The translations under genes were made by a program, and so were the position numbers. Under the pieces are notes generated by a model, which searched no databases, had not been told where the DNA came from, and saw nothing but the letters and a program-made list of their open reading frames with translations. A DNA stretch of 64,000 bases from Candidatus Dependentiae bacterium UBA6230 (GTDB taxonomy: Bacteria; Babelota; Babeliae; Babelales; Vermiphilaceae). The stretch spans positions 31,728 to 95,727 of the forward strand of contig DJWM01000002.1 in NCBI GenBank assembly GCA_002441565.1, read 5' to 3'. Below are positions 17,318-25,837 of the stretch, piece after piece (the stretch's first letter is position 1; the number at the start of each line of letters is the position of its first letter).

Positions 17318-18514
17318 ATGTTATATTTTAAGCGATTTTTACGATTTAATTTTTTGTTAAGTTTCTGTTTTATCCTGGTGCAAACTTTGTGTTTAGCTCA
17401 GGATTCTGCATCGAGTGAAGCGTACTCAGATGTGGAGTATAGTGCAGCAATGGACTGGAGCGGAGGAGTAAGAGGAGTAAGATTTTTGGTAAAATCCATG
17501 GATGATGCGCTTGGTGCTGCTGGTAAGATAAATGAATTGAAGCCAGATATTCTGGAGATAGATTTAGACAGACAGCTTGCTGGTTCTGTGCAAGCTGTTG
17601 AGTGCATTCAAGCAATTATTGAAAATTTGTCTGTCGAAGCTAGAAACGCTATAGAAGTTTTGTCTCTGGTTGACAATGGTTTACCTGATCTTCCGGATGT
17701 GAGAGAGCTTGTCAATTTAGAAATTTTTGATGTAAGTGAAAATTCAATGATTTCTCTTGGAAACCTTGTTAGTAGAGTTCCGTCTAGATTAGAGGTTCTT
17801 TCTTTTCGAGAATGTAATTTAACGGTATTTCCTAATATTGTTGGGTTGAATAATTTAAAGATTATTCGTGCTTCTGAAAATCAATTTACGCAGTTACCCA
17901 ATATATCTCATCTTAGCGCACTTGAGGAGCTTGATTTAGGAGGAAGTAGGCTGAGTAGCCTGCCAAATTTGGATAATCTGATTAATTTAAAGGAACTAGA
18001 CTTATCTTCGAATGGATTGGCTACACCGCCGAATTTAAGTCGTTTGGTGCGCTTACAGCATTTGAATTTAAGTAATAATAATTTAACAGTGCCACCCGTT
18101 TTAACAGGATTGATTAACTTAAAAGATCTTGATTTAAGTGATAATTTGCTTACTAGTGCTCCGAATTTGGATGGATTGATCAATTTGCAGGAGCTTGATC
18201 TTGCTAATAACCAAATTGTTGTACCGCCATTTTTATCAGGGTTGTCAAACTTGAAGTCTATCTGGTTTACGAATAATCAGCTTACTCTTCCACCGAATTT
18301 AACTGGTTTATATAATTTACGGGTTTCTGAGGAAAATTTTAGTGGAAATCCATTCATGGCTGATCCTAATCTGAAGGGCCTGTTATTGGATCAGCTGAAC
18401 CAAATTGCGGAGGTTCAGCGAACCGGGGTTATTCCAATGATTCCTTCTACTTCTCGGGCCCCACAAAGAAGAGATGATGATGCCCCAGCACAGAAAAGAG
18501 CTCGATCAGAATAA
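17318..18514 (+). CDS. secreted leucine-rich-repeat protein (22-residue repeats) with a basic C-terminal tail
   Basis: GAGGAG lies 5 nt upstream of ATG 17318. It has a hydrophobic leader and 10 or more repeats of the form LxxLPNLxxLxNLxxLDLSxNx. The tail is APQRRDDDAPAQKRARSE. Confidence 0.85.
   Translation: MLYFKRFLRFNFLLSFCFILVQTLCLAQDSASSEAYSDVEYSAAMDWSGGVRGVRFLVKSMDDALGAAGKINELKPDILEIDLDRQLAGSVQAVECIQAIIENLSVEARNAIEVLSLVDNGLPDLPDVRELVNLEIFDVSENSMISLGNLVSRVPSRLEVLSFRECNLTVFPNIVGLNNLKIIRASENQFTQLPNISHLSALEELDLGGSRLSSLPNLDNLINLKELDLSSNGLATPPNLSRLVRLQHLNLSNNNLTVPPVLTGLINLKDLDLSDNLLTSAPNLDGLINLQELDLANNQIVVPPFLSGLSNLKSIWFTNNQLTLPPNLTGLYNLRVSEENFSGNPFMADPNLKGLLLDQLNQIAEVQRTGVIPMIPSTSRAPQRRDDDAPAQKRARSE
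17701..18330 (+). repeat. tandem imperfect 66-nt (22-codon) LRR-coding repeats
   Basis: Consecutive units include LSSLPNLDNLINLKELDLSSNG, LATPPNLSRLVRLQHLNLSNNN, LTVPPVLTGLINLKDLDLSDNL, LTSAPNLDGLINLQELDLANNQ and IVVPPFLSGLSNLKSIWFTNNQ. Confidence 0.8.
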
Positions 18515-18996
18515 AGGTGATAAAAAATAATATCGCGAGCGGTTTCAGAGATGAACTGCTCGCGATTAATATTCGCTCCACATGCGATGAGATGCTTTAT
18601 CATTTCATTTTAAACATTCTCCAGAATTAATCTGCTAAGAGGTTTTTTGATAATGTGATCAATGGCCCATATAGGGCCACTAAGCTCATCTATTGTGAGA
18701 TTGGTAGCCTTGTCTTTTATTTGATCGATATATGATGAAGCCATTACTTTACTGAGATATGTATTGAGGCGTCTATCGCCTTTCTTGGGTGCCTTTCCTT
18801 GTTTTACTATATTTGCTACTTGACCGATATCGATAGCGTCAATGGCGCGGAAAAAATCATCATGATTGTTGTGTGCTTCAATTGCAGGATTTTCTACGCA
18901 GTCATTTGTAAGCATGCCGTTTAAAAAACAGTTGCTTAATGTGATCATGGTTATTATAGCTGCGAATGCGATTCTTTTAATCTTATTGAAATGCAT
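18415..18996 (-). pseudogene. ankyrin-repeat gene interrupted by an in-frame TAA (18610-18612); the upstream part (18610-18996) alone encodes a 128-aa protein with a signal peptide
   Basis: The minus strand reads ...KKPLSRLILENV*NEMIKHLIACGANINREQFISETARDII... The stop therefore falls inside a single ANK repeat (helix-loop-GANIN). The two listed ORFs (18610-18996 and 18415-18603) are in the same frame. Confidence 0.5.
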
Positions 18997-19023
18997 ATAT
19001 TTTATTTCCTTAGTGTTTATAAG

Positions 19024-20559
19024 TTAATCAAAGAGTCCAAAACCTTTTGATCCAGCAGACAAGGGAGATGTAGGAGAGAGTTCTCCTGCATGACTCATCT
19101 CGTCTTGAACTTCTTGTATAAGTTGTGGAATGTTGAAACTTTCTAATAGATCCTTTTTTCCTGCACTTAATAAGCGAGCCACAACTATCTCTTTTTCTGG
19201 TTTTTTAAAACGAGAAAGATCGAGCTGCTTGCCTGTAGCCACCTCATCAGCATGTAGTGCTGCATCAATCGAACGCTGTAAGCGGTCGGTATGCAATTGT
19301 CTTTTCCATGAATATTTCTTGTATAGCGCGTGTTGATATTCGATAGAGGGGTTATCCGTTGGGATATGCTCGCTACATTTTGGGCAAGAAAGTGCATAGT
19401 TGGTACATAACGAACAAAGGAGCTCGTTACAACAAGTCATGCGTTTCATAAAATCGCCAGTTCGATGTTGTGAGCAGGTAGGGCACTGTTTAAGTGGTGT
19501 TAGGTCAGCATTATAGGACAAAAGATAGCGGATTCTTTCTAAGCAATTACTGTCATCAGCAGAATGCCAGTTGGTTAGACTATTATAGTCTATGATCCAC
19601 TGCTCGAGATCATGCAATGCCACCTCGAGTGGTGTGCATTTTGTATCATGAGTTCTTATATTAGGATTAGCACCATGGGCGAGTAGCATACGGCATGTTG
19701 TCGGATGAGTAGCGAAGTGCAATGGTGTGTTTCCCTCAGAATCGCAAAGATTAGGATTTGCTTGATGTTGTAACAGAAGATGCATAACGTCCAGGTGGTA
19801 CCCAGGCTCTGCCGACTTAGTTGCCCTTAATAAGGGAGAGCGGCCAGAACTATCGCGCTCGCCATTTATATCAGCGCCCTCAGAAATTGCGTTTTTTATG
19901 CCCGCAATATCCCCTTTTTTAACTGCAATATGTAGCATAAGAGTCGCTTTATATATTGGGCTCAGGAGTTCCATAAACTTTTGTTTTAATTCGCCAAATT
20001 CATCGCTTGATTCTATTTGTATAACTTTGTCGAATAAATTTTCTTCAGTCATTCTTGTTTTTTCATCATAGAAACGCTGCCAAAGAGGGAGGCCTGGACG
20101 ACTTGTGAACCAATTTCTCATTATTTCTACTTCAAGTGTACGGCGCGGAAGTTTCAAGTTGTCTACAATATCTTCCCTGCCGGCAGAAAGTAATCGCCAT
20201 ATAAAGAGCCATTGATGTACAGTATCTAGGTGATCAATACGCGGTTGTTCTTGCCCAGTTATGATTTGATCAGCATGGTGGGCGGTATCAAACATTGTTT
20301 TTAGGTACGTAATATCGAGTATTGAGTTACGATGTTCGTGTCCGAGCGGTTTATCTTGAAGGAATTTATTTGGATCTGCTCCGTATGCAAGGAGCATAAA
20401 TATCACATTTTCAACTTGATGCATGCTGCTAGTGAGTTTGTCATAAGTAGAAGGTAGAAAGTTATAGTATTCGTGGCCAAAACGGTTGCATATTCTTTCC
20501 CAAAAATATTTATCTTCAGGATCCTGCATAAGCGCATCAAAATCATCCTTTAGCGACAT
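19024..20559 (-). CDS. ankyrin-repeat protein with an 8-Cys RING-like zinc finger
   Basis: ANK repeats: LHIAVKKGDIAGIKNAISEGADINGERDSSGRSPLL..., GNTPLHFATHPTTCRMLLAHGANPN. Cys cluster: CPTC-x13-CC-x4-C-x2-C-x6-C-x2-C, encoded at 19375-19485. The start is uncertain (ATG 20559 or GTG 20607). Confidence 0.8.
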   Translation of the reverse strand: MSLKDDFDALMQDPEDKYFWERICNRFGHEYYNFLPSTYDKLTSSMHQVENVIFMLLAYGADPNKFLQDKPLGHEHRNSILDITYLKTMFDTAHHADQIITGQEQPRIDHLDTVHQWLFIWRLLSAGREDIVDNLKLPRRTLEVEIMRNWFTSRPGLPLWQRFYDEKTRMTEENLFDKVIQIESSDEFGELKQKFMELLSPIYKATLMLHIAVKKGDIAGIKNAISEGADINGERDSSGRSPLLRATKSAEPGYHLDVMHLLLQHQANPNLCDSEGNTPLHFATHPTTCRMLLAHGANPNIRTHDTKCTPLEVALHDLEQWIIDYNSLTNWHSADDSNCLERIRYLLSYNADLTPLKQCPTCSQHRTGDFMKRMTCCNELLCSLCTNYALSCPKCSEHIPTDNPSIEYQHALYKKYSWKRQLHTDRLQRSIDAALHADEVATGKQLDLSRFKKPEKEIVVARLLSAGKKDLLESFNIPQLIQEVQDEMSHAGELSPTSPLSAGSKGFGLFD

Positions 20560-21193
20560 AAGGGGGATGTTGCCAAATTTCTTCTTTTTTATCCGTAAGC
20601 TGTGCACTATAAGCGAGAAGTACCTGCATGACTTCTAAATTTTTGTTGCGCGTAGCTTGATAGAGAACAGTATCGCCGTCCATATTAAAAGTATAAGGAC
20701 GATTTGTAAGATGACGGGCAAGCAGCATGGTTACGATGTCTGAAGGCGTCCTTTTTACAGGGGGGATTATATCGGCACCATGTGCGAGAAGATAGCGGAT
20801 TGCAGCTAGATTATTTCTAGCTGTGTGAATGAGACCATCATCTACATCTCCTCCTGCCAAAACAAGACTGTCGAGTATTCGCAAATTGTTGGTACAGATG
20901 GCTTTTTTTAGTGGTTCGGCCAGATGGTATGCAACGCTTTTACCAAATAGTAGCCTCTCAGTATCCAAATAACGAACCTCGTTAAGAAGGTCTTCTATTT
21001 TTTTGATATCAATAACCGGTTTACAAATTTCACCACAAAGCTCATCAGATACTTGGACATCATCATTGAACCGTAAGGGGTAATGATCTTTTGCGGAGGT
21101 GCGGAGCATGCCGTGCAGAGAAGTAAAGGATGGCGGGAGAAGGAAGAATATACATAATAATGTTGTAATAGCACCTGTTGGCCAATGAGGCAT
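20543..21193 (-). CDS. ankyrin-repeat protein with a hydrophobic N-terminal leader
   Basis: AAAGGAG lies 6 nt upstream of ATG 21193. The leader is MPHWPTGAITTLLCIFFLLPPSF. ANK-like repeats include LDSLVLAGGDVDDGLIHTA..NLAAIRYLLAHGADI and GDTVLYQATRNKNLEVMQVLLAY. Confidence 0.75.
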   Translation of the reverse strand: MPHWPTGAITTLLCIFFLLPPSFTSLHGMLRTSAKDHYPLRFNDDVQVSDELCGEICKPVIDIKKIEDLLNEVRYLDTERLLFGKSVAYHLAEPLKKAICTNNLRILDSLVLAGGDVDDGLIHTARNNLAAIRYLLAHGADIIPPVKRTPSDIVTMLLARHLTNRPYTFNMDGDTVLYQATRNKNLEVMQVLLAYSAQLTDKKEEIWQHPPYVAKG

Positions 21194-21344
21194 GATTACT
21201 CCTTTTGTGATTAATGCCGTATCCATTGATTTGTTTGGTGAGCAGAATACTACATGTGCCTGATTAAGATAGGATTGTTCGCTGCAGACTACTTTCGGCG
21301 TTATTATATCTAAATTTCAGCAATTTTTAAAAACTCAACAGAAC

Positions 21345-21947
21345 CTAGCAACACCAATAATCGTCGCCATCACCATCATCAAGGCCGTGAGAGCGAGTAT
21401 TTCGTTCATTTTCGCCTTTGAGCACGCGTTCCAATTTCTTTAAATCTTCCCGCTGGTGACTTAGGGAGTCATATTCTTTGGCTTTATGTCGGATACTGTT
21501 ATATTGTTTTTCGTGACGAAACATGTAGGCCATCCATAGGTCGTTTTCAGGTGTTTTCAGATCATTTATGTTGCTCTGTGTGATATTCAGTTCATTCTGA
21601 ACACGGTCGAGCGGAGTTCTATCATTCCTATCTCTAATAGTCCTGTCAGCTCCCTGGTTAAGAAGTTCTCTAATCATTGACATAGTACTCCGCAATGACT
21701 CTATTTTCTCTATCGTTAATTCTTTCTCAGCTGCTATGCGACAATAACTTTCAACGGCGATATGCAGTGGGGTCAAGCGCTTAGCGTCTCGACGATTTAT
21801 ATTAGATTTTTCAAGCGCCGCATGAAGTTGTCCATGCTGATTATCCATGCAATTGGTCAGAAAGTAGTTGCTTAGTGAAAGAATGGCAATAACAACGGTG
21901 AGTTGGGTTGAAGCGATAGGGCTATGTTTTTGATGGGTAGAATGCAT
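21345..21947 (-). CDS. ankyrin-repeat / coiled-coil protein ending in -WCC
   Basis: AAAGGAA SD before ATG 21947. It has a hydrophobic leader and ANK repeats (RLTPLHIAV..., IRELLNQGADRTIRDRNDRTPLD). The C-terminus is acidic and ends DDGDGDDYWCC. Confidence 0.75.
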   Translation of the reverse strand: MHSTHQKHSPIASTQLTVVIAILSLSNYFLTNCMDNQHGQLHAALEKSNINRRDAKRLTPLHIAVESYCRIAAEKELTIEKIESLRSTMSMIRELLNQGADRTIRDRNDRTPLDRVQNELNITQSNINDLKTPENDLWMAYMFRHEKQYNSIRHKAKEYDSLSHQREDLKKLERVLKGENERNTRSHGLDDGDGDDYWCC

Positions 21948-22085
21948 AAGTTTCCTTTTTTCAGTATATGAATTTTTACCACAATTCGTCTGGTGAAAAA
22001 AGTTAGCATATCTACGTGGCTAATGAAAGCTAGATTAGCGGGCGATGATCCACATTTATTGAGTATTGAGTGCCGTATTTTGTGC

Positions 22086-23627
22086 TCATTTAATATTTGA
22101 CGCATGGATATAGGACAAGATATGACCTCCAAGTTCATTAGGTATGGATGTTTCCGGGCTTGGAAGAGCTTCAGTGTTTATAGTAGCATCTGGTTGCTTG
22201 GATATGCGCCATGTTTCTTGTATCCCGGAACATACTATACCCGCAAGTAACATATTGCCTATTTTTTTGAGTTTCCATTCTTTGGCAAAATAAAAAATTT
22301 TCGCGAGTACTGCGGGTTTTATGAGTGTAGTTGGTGAGTGTTTTCTTATTGAGGCTAATTCATCTCTATGGGAAAGGCTGAGTTTATTTGGTGCTATTTT
22401 TTCTAGATACACAAGTCCAAAAAGTCGAAATACTTGGGGATCGAAGTGGTATGCAGGAGACCCAAGAATAGTTATAAGCAAAGTATGAGCAGATTCTTCG
22501 CTGTCTTTTTTGATATCGACAAAGGTAGGGGAAAAAAGACTACGTGGTAATTTTTGTTGATGGTGAAGAAGAGAGAGCAGCTCACGGCGTTGATCATGAT
22601 CGATTGATTGAATAATGGTTTCAAGGAGTGAAGAAGAAATTTCTTCACGTGGATATTTCCGCAAATATTCTATGCCATAGCGATGCTTTTTGGGTTTTTT
22701 GCTTGATACTAGATGTCTTGCAACAAGTGGCTCGCATATTGATTGTCGCTCAAATGAAGAAACTATCTTGCGATAAACAAGCCGATCAAGAGTATCCAGA
22801 TGTTCATTTAGGAGCAGCCGCCCAATAAGGACCTCAGTTTGTGCACGAGAGAAAAATGTTGGGCTGATAGTAGAGTTGTCTTGTGTTGCATGATCTGCAA
22901 GCAGGGCAGTGTCGAGCAGCATTTGTATAGGTTGCCCCAATTGCTTACTGCTTGATTGATCAGCTGATATTTTTGACGTTAGTTGATCGATGCATTGTGA
23001 GCATGTTGCGGCGTTATTATTAATGATGCAGTGCTTGCACATAGTACCGCAGCATGGCGTTTGTTTCACAAAATGCGGAGATTTGGCTTGTGAGCAACAA
23101 GCGCATTGTACTAATGGTGCGCCATGAATAAGAAGAAGTTTTGTTGTAGCAAGAACTTTTTCAGAATCTACGGCGGTAGTATCTTCTTGACACAATGCTA
23201 TATCAAGAGGAGTTCTCTCAATTATATCCTTTAGCCCTGTATTGGCGCCGTAGTGTAACAGTGTTTCAATCAACATGGAATTTCTTATCATTGCTGCGTT
23301 ATGCAGAGCGGTTTTTCCAGATATTATATCCTGAACTTCTACGTTTGCTTCACGTTGCATAAAAAATTTAACGATTTCATTGCTCGTCATGGTTGATCCT
23401 GTGACCTTGATAGCGTTCATTAGTGCGTATGATGGATCAGCGTCATTTGTCTGAGCAGATGTTGTCAGTAATGGTTCTGTTGGATATGCCGGGAATATTG
23501 TAGATGTTGCCAGTATTAGGAGAATACTGTTAAAGAATAAGCACATAAGGCTTTTGTAGTATGTCATGTTATTATATTTTTTGTCCTGATTATATGTCTG
23601 ATGCAGTGGTAATAGAAATGCGCTCAT
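22086..23627 (-). CDS. ankyrin-repeat protein with an 8-Cys RING-like zinc finger (paralog of 19024-20559)
   Basis: ANK repeats: GKTALHNAAMIRNSMLIETLLHYGANTGLKDIIERTPLDIAL. Cys cluster: CACC-x13-CC-x3-C-x2-C-x8-C-x2-C, encoded at 22992-23105. It has a hydrophobic leader (MTYYKSLMCLFFNSILLILATS; the start could be 23567). The C-terminal roughly 280 aa are unassigned. Confidence 0.8.
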   Translation of the reverse strand: MSAFLLPLHQTYNQDKKYNNMTYYKSLMCLFFNSILLILATSTIFPAYPTEPLLTTSAQTNDADPSYALMNAIKVTGSTMTSNEIVKFFMQREANVEVQDIISGKTALHNAAMIRNSMLIETLLHYGANTGLKDIIERTPLDIALCQEDTTAVDSEKVLATTKLLLIHGAPLVQCACCSQAKSPHFVKQTPCCGTMCKHCIINNNAATCSQCIDQLTSKISADQSSSKQLGQPIQMLLDTALLADHATQDNSTISPTFFSRAQTEVLIGRLLLNEHLDTLDRLVYRKIVSSFERQSICEPLVARHLVSSKKPKKHRYGIEYLRKYPREEISSSLLETIIQSIDHDQRRELLSLLHHQQKLPRSLFSPTFVDIKKDSEESAHTLLITILGSPAYHFDPQVFRLFGLVYLEKIAPNKLSLSHRDELASIRKHSPTTLIKPAVLAKIFYFAKEWKLKKIGNMLLAGIVCSGIQETWRISKQPDATINTEALPSPETSIPNELGGHILSYIHASNIK

Positions 23628-23703
23628 TATTTTATTTTCGAATGCCTAATAGCGTAACGATGATTGTTTTTTTTTGCAAATATTGGTTTGTTGGAAAGAG
23701 TTT

Positions 23704-24567
23704 TTATTGCTGAGTGATATCGATTTGGTGATCAATAATTCTTATAGTCACATCTTTTTCGGATGGCTTAAGTTGTTCCAAGTTATTAATGATAGAAGGA
23801 AGTGCTGCAACAAATGTTTCGAGCATAAATTCAACATGTAAAATACCGCGACCGTGCATAGTGACGAGAGCTTGGATTAGTTTTGAGGAAGGGTTAAAAT
23901 GGCGTGCAGAAAAAAGTGGCTCTTGTTCTATCGAGTGAAAAAGATTTTTAAGTTGCTGAATTGACCGTATAGAAAAAACTCCACCGAGTGCTTTTTTTAG
24001 CCCAGGAAGGCCTTGTGGGTCAGCGATTTGTACCATGTCCCAATGAGAGTGTAGAGAATAAATTTTTTTAAAAAGTTGATTTTTAATGAGCGAAGCGGTT
24101 GATTTTTGTACCGGACAGGCAAGCAGCACCAGCTCATCAATACCACATGAAAGAAAGCTTGATGTATCGCTATCAGCCAAGTGAAGCGCCACATTGCCGC
24201 CGTGGCTATGGGTTATGATGCGAATAAATGGCTTCTGTTGATAAGTGCCTTCATATTGATCTATTAATTGTTTGAGCGCTTTGTGTAGTTTTTGCGCAGC
24301 TTTTATTCTTTCATCCTCACTTAACATTCCTGACCAACCAAATAGATAGAGCGTTTCCCAGGGAAACATAGTTGGTGCATGTTGATGTAATATGGTTGCA
24401 AGGTGATGGTGATGAAAAGAAGGATCTAGTGTTTGAGCAAGATGAAGACCTGGCTCGCAGTGCATAAAGCGGTGAAGTTTTTCTATGTGGATATGTGATA
24501 GCGGGGTAGGTAGGATGTGCTGCGGTTTGGTTCCATGAATCCATATGGTGATAGGTGGCGTGATCAT
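23704..24567 (-). CDS. alpha/beta-hydrolase, lipase/esterase-like
   Basis: ITIWIHGT looks like an oxyanion-region strand. IITHSHGGNVAL is a GxSxG-type nucleophile elbow (T-H-S-H-G-G). Later Asp and His candidates are present (HSHWDMV). The family is not pinned down. Confidence 0.55.
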   Translation of the reverse strand: MITPPITIWIHGTKPQHILPTPLSHIHIEKLHRFMHCEPGLHLAQTLDPSFHHHHLATILHQHAPTMFPWETLYLFGWSGMLSEDERIKAAQKLHKALKQLIDQYEGTYQQKPFIRIITHSHGGNVALHLADSDTSSFLSCGIDELVLLACPVQKSTASLIKNQLFKKIYSLHSHWDMVQIADPQGLPGLKKALGGVFSIRSIQQLKNLFHSIEQEPLFSARHFNPSSKLIQALVTMHGRGILHVEFMLETFVAALPSIINNLEQLKPSEKDVTIRIIDHQIDITQQ

Positions 24568-24741
24568 CGTGTATTCCTCCCCATGAATGATACTTATGTT
24601 AATACTACAACTTTTGCCTTATGTGGCCAAGAGGATTGGCGTAGGATAATGGGCGTTTCATTGCAAGAAACACTTGTTACCTTATACTTTAAGCACCAAT
24701 TTAATTATGAGGCTTTGTATTGTTTATAAACAGGGATAATT

Positions 24742-25833
24742 ATGCGTATTTTAAGAGGCATGAATAGTCTAGTTGTACAATGTATAATGCTGAACATTAT
24801 GGTGTCATGTGATGCCATGATTTTGCACAACCAACTATCGTCTGATGTGTCGCATGGATCATTACGAGATGCTATTATCAATGATCCATGGAGCGTTTAT
24901 GATCAGTGTTCTGCATTGAAAACAAAATTTTTACGTGAGTTGCATGAGCAACATATTTTTGATCATAAACATATGAGTCCATCGCAGGCAGTACAAACAT
25001 TCGAGGAGATGTGTCGAATGTTTGAAGCAGAAAATCCCATCTTTTTGCTTGGTGAGTCTGATGCGGAAGCGAAGAATTATGGAGTCGATATGAAGACATC
25101 TGTAGTTCAAGAAGCGCAAAAAAAATATGAAGATCTCATTACCGGTGCAACAATGAAAGCTAATCTACAACAAGGATCAGTGGTATATACCAATTTTGGT
25201 GCGAGAAAATACTTTTCTGATCTAAGAGCGTTATCGAAAATGCTGGTATGTTTCCCCTTATCAGTACTTGCTATTCATAGTGTAGGCGATTTAGATAGAT
25301 GTAGTACAAAATATAAGGATATGAAGTTCGGTTCACGGGAAGTCTTTTCGCATGAAGTATGGTATGAATTAAGTGATGATTTAGCTCCTGAGCTAAGATC
25401 GGAAATAGTTGATGAAGTAACTCAATACTTTGATCCACATATACTTGATGATTATGTACGAGAAGATGTTCTTTTGAGATTGGCACAAAAAAAGCAAATG
25501 ATACGTTGGCTTCGTAATGAATTTCCTCATGCAACTACCAGTCTTTTCATTCACCATAACATTGAAAGTTACCTGTGCTATCTAGCTGGTCACGGGATGA
25601 TGTTGCCTAATGTATTAGTGTCTTCGGATTCTTATGATAATGGGATTGATCAGATGTCTAAACATTACAAATTATTAGCCCTCATAACGTTGCTGTATAA
25701 TAAAGATGCATCCAATTTATTGCTTCATTATGAACATAATAGGCCCATGGTTGCTTCGTATTCAATAGAATCTGCTGGAATCAATGTAGTACAAGAGCCA
25801 ATCATGCGATTAAATCAAATCCCCTTGAGTTAA
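24742..25833 (+). CDS. hypothetical protein with a hydrophobic N-terminus
   Basis: A long ORF (363 aa) with no competing frame. No motif recognised. Confidence 0.5.
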   Translation: MRILRGMNSLVVQCIMLNIMVSCDAMILHNQLSSDVSHGSLRDAIINDPWSVYDQCSALKTKFLRELHEQHIFDHKHMSPSQAVQTFEEMCRMFEAENPIFLLGESDAEAKNYGVDMKTSVVQEAQKKYEDLITGATMKANLQQGSVVYTNFGARKYFSDLRALSKMLVCFPLSVLAIHSVGDLDRCSTKYKDMKFGSREVFSHEVWYELSDDLAPELRSEIVDEVTQYFDPHILDDYVREDVLLRLAQKKQMIRWLRNEFPHATTSLFIHHNIESYLCYLAGHGMMLPNVLVSSDSYDNGIDQMSKHYKLLALITLLYNKDASNLLLHYEHNRPMVASYSIESAGINVVQEPIMRLNQIPLS

Positions 25834-25837
25834 TGAT

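Noticed and set aside
23667-23675. A T9 homopolymer in the intergenic region upstream of the ANK-RING gene, considered as a slipped-strand phase-variation tract.
   Set aside because: It is a single modest homopolymer in AT-rich intergenic DNA. It is not within a CDS, and it is not positioned between recognisable -35 and -10 elements. There is no evidence of variability from a single sequence.
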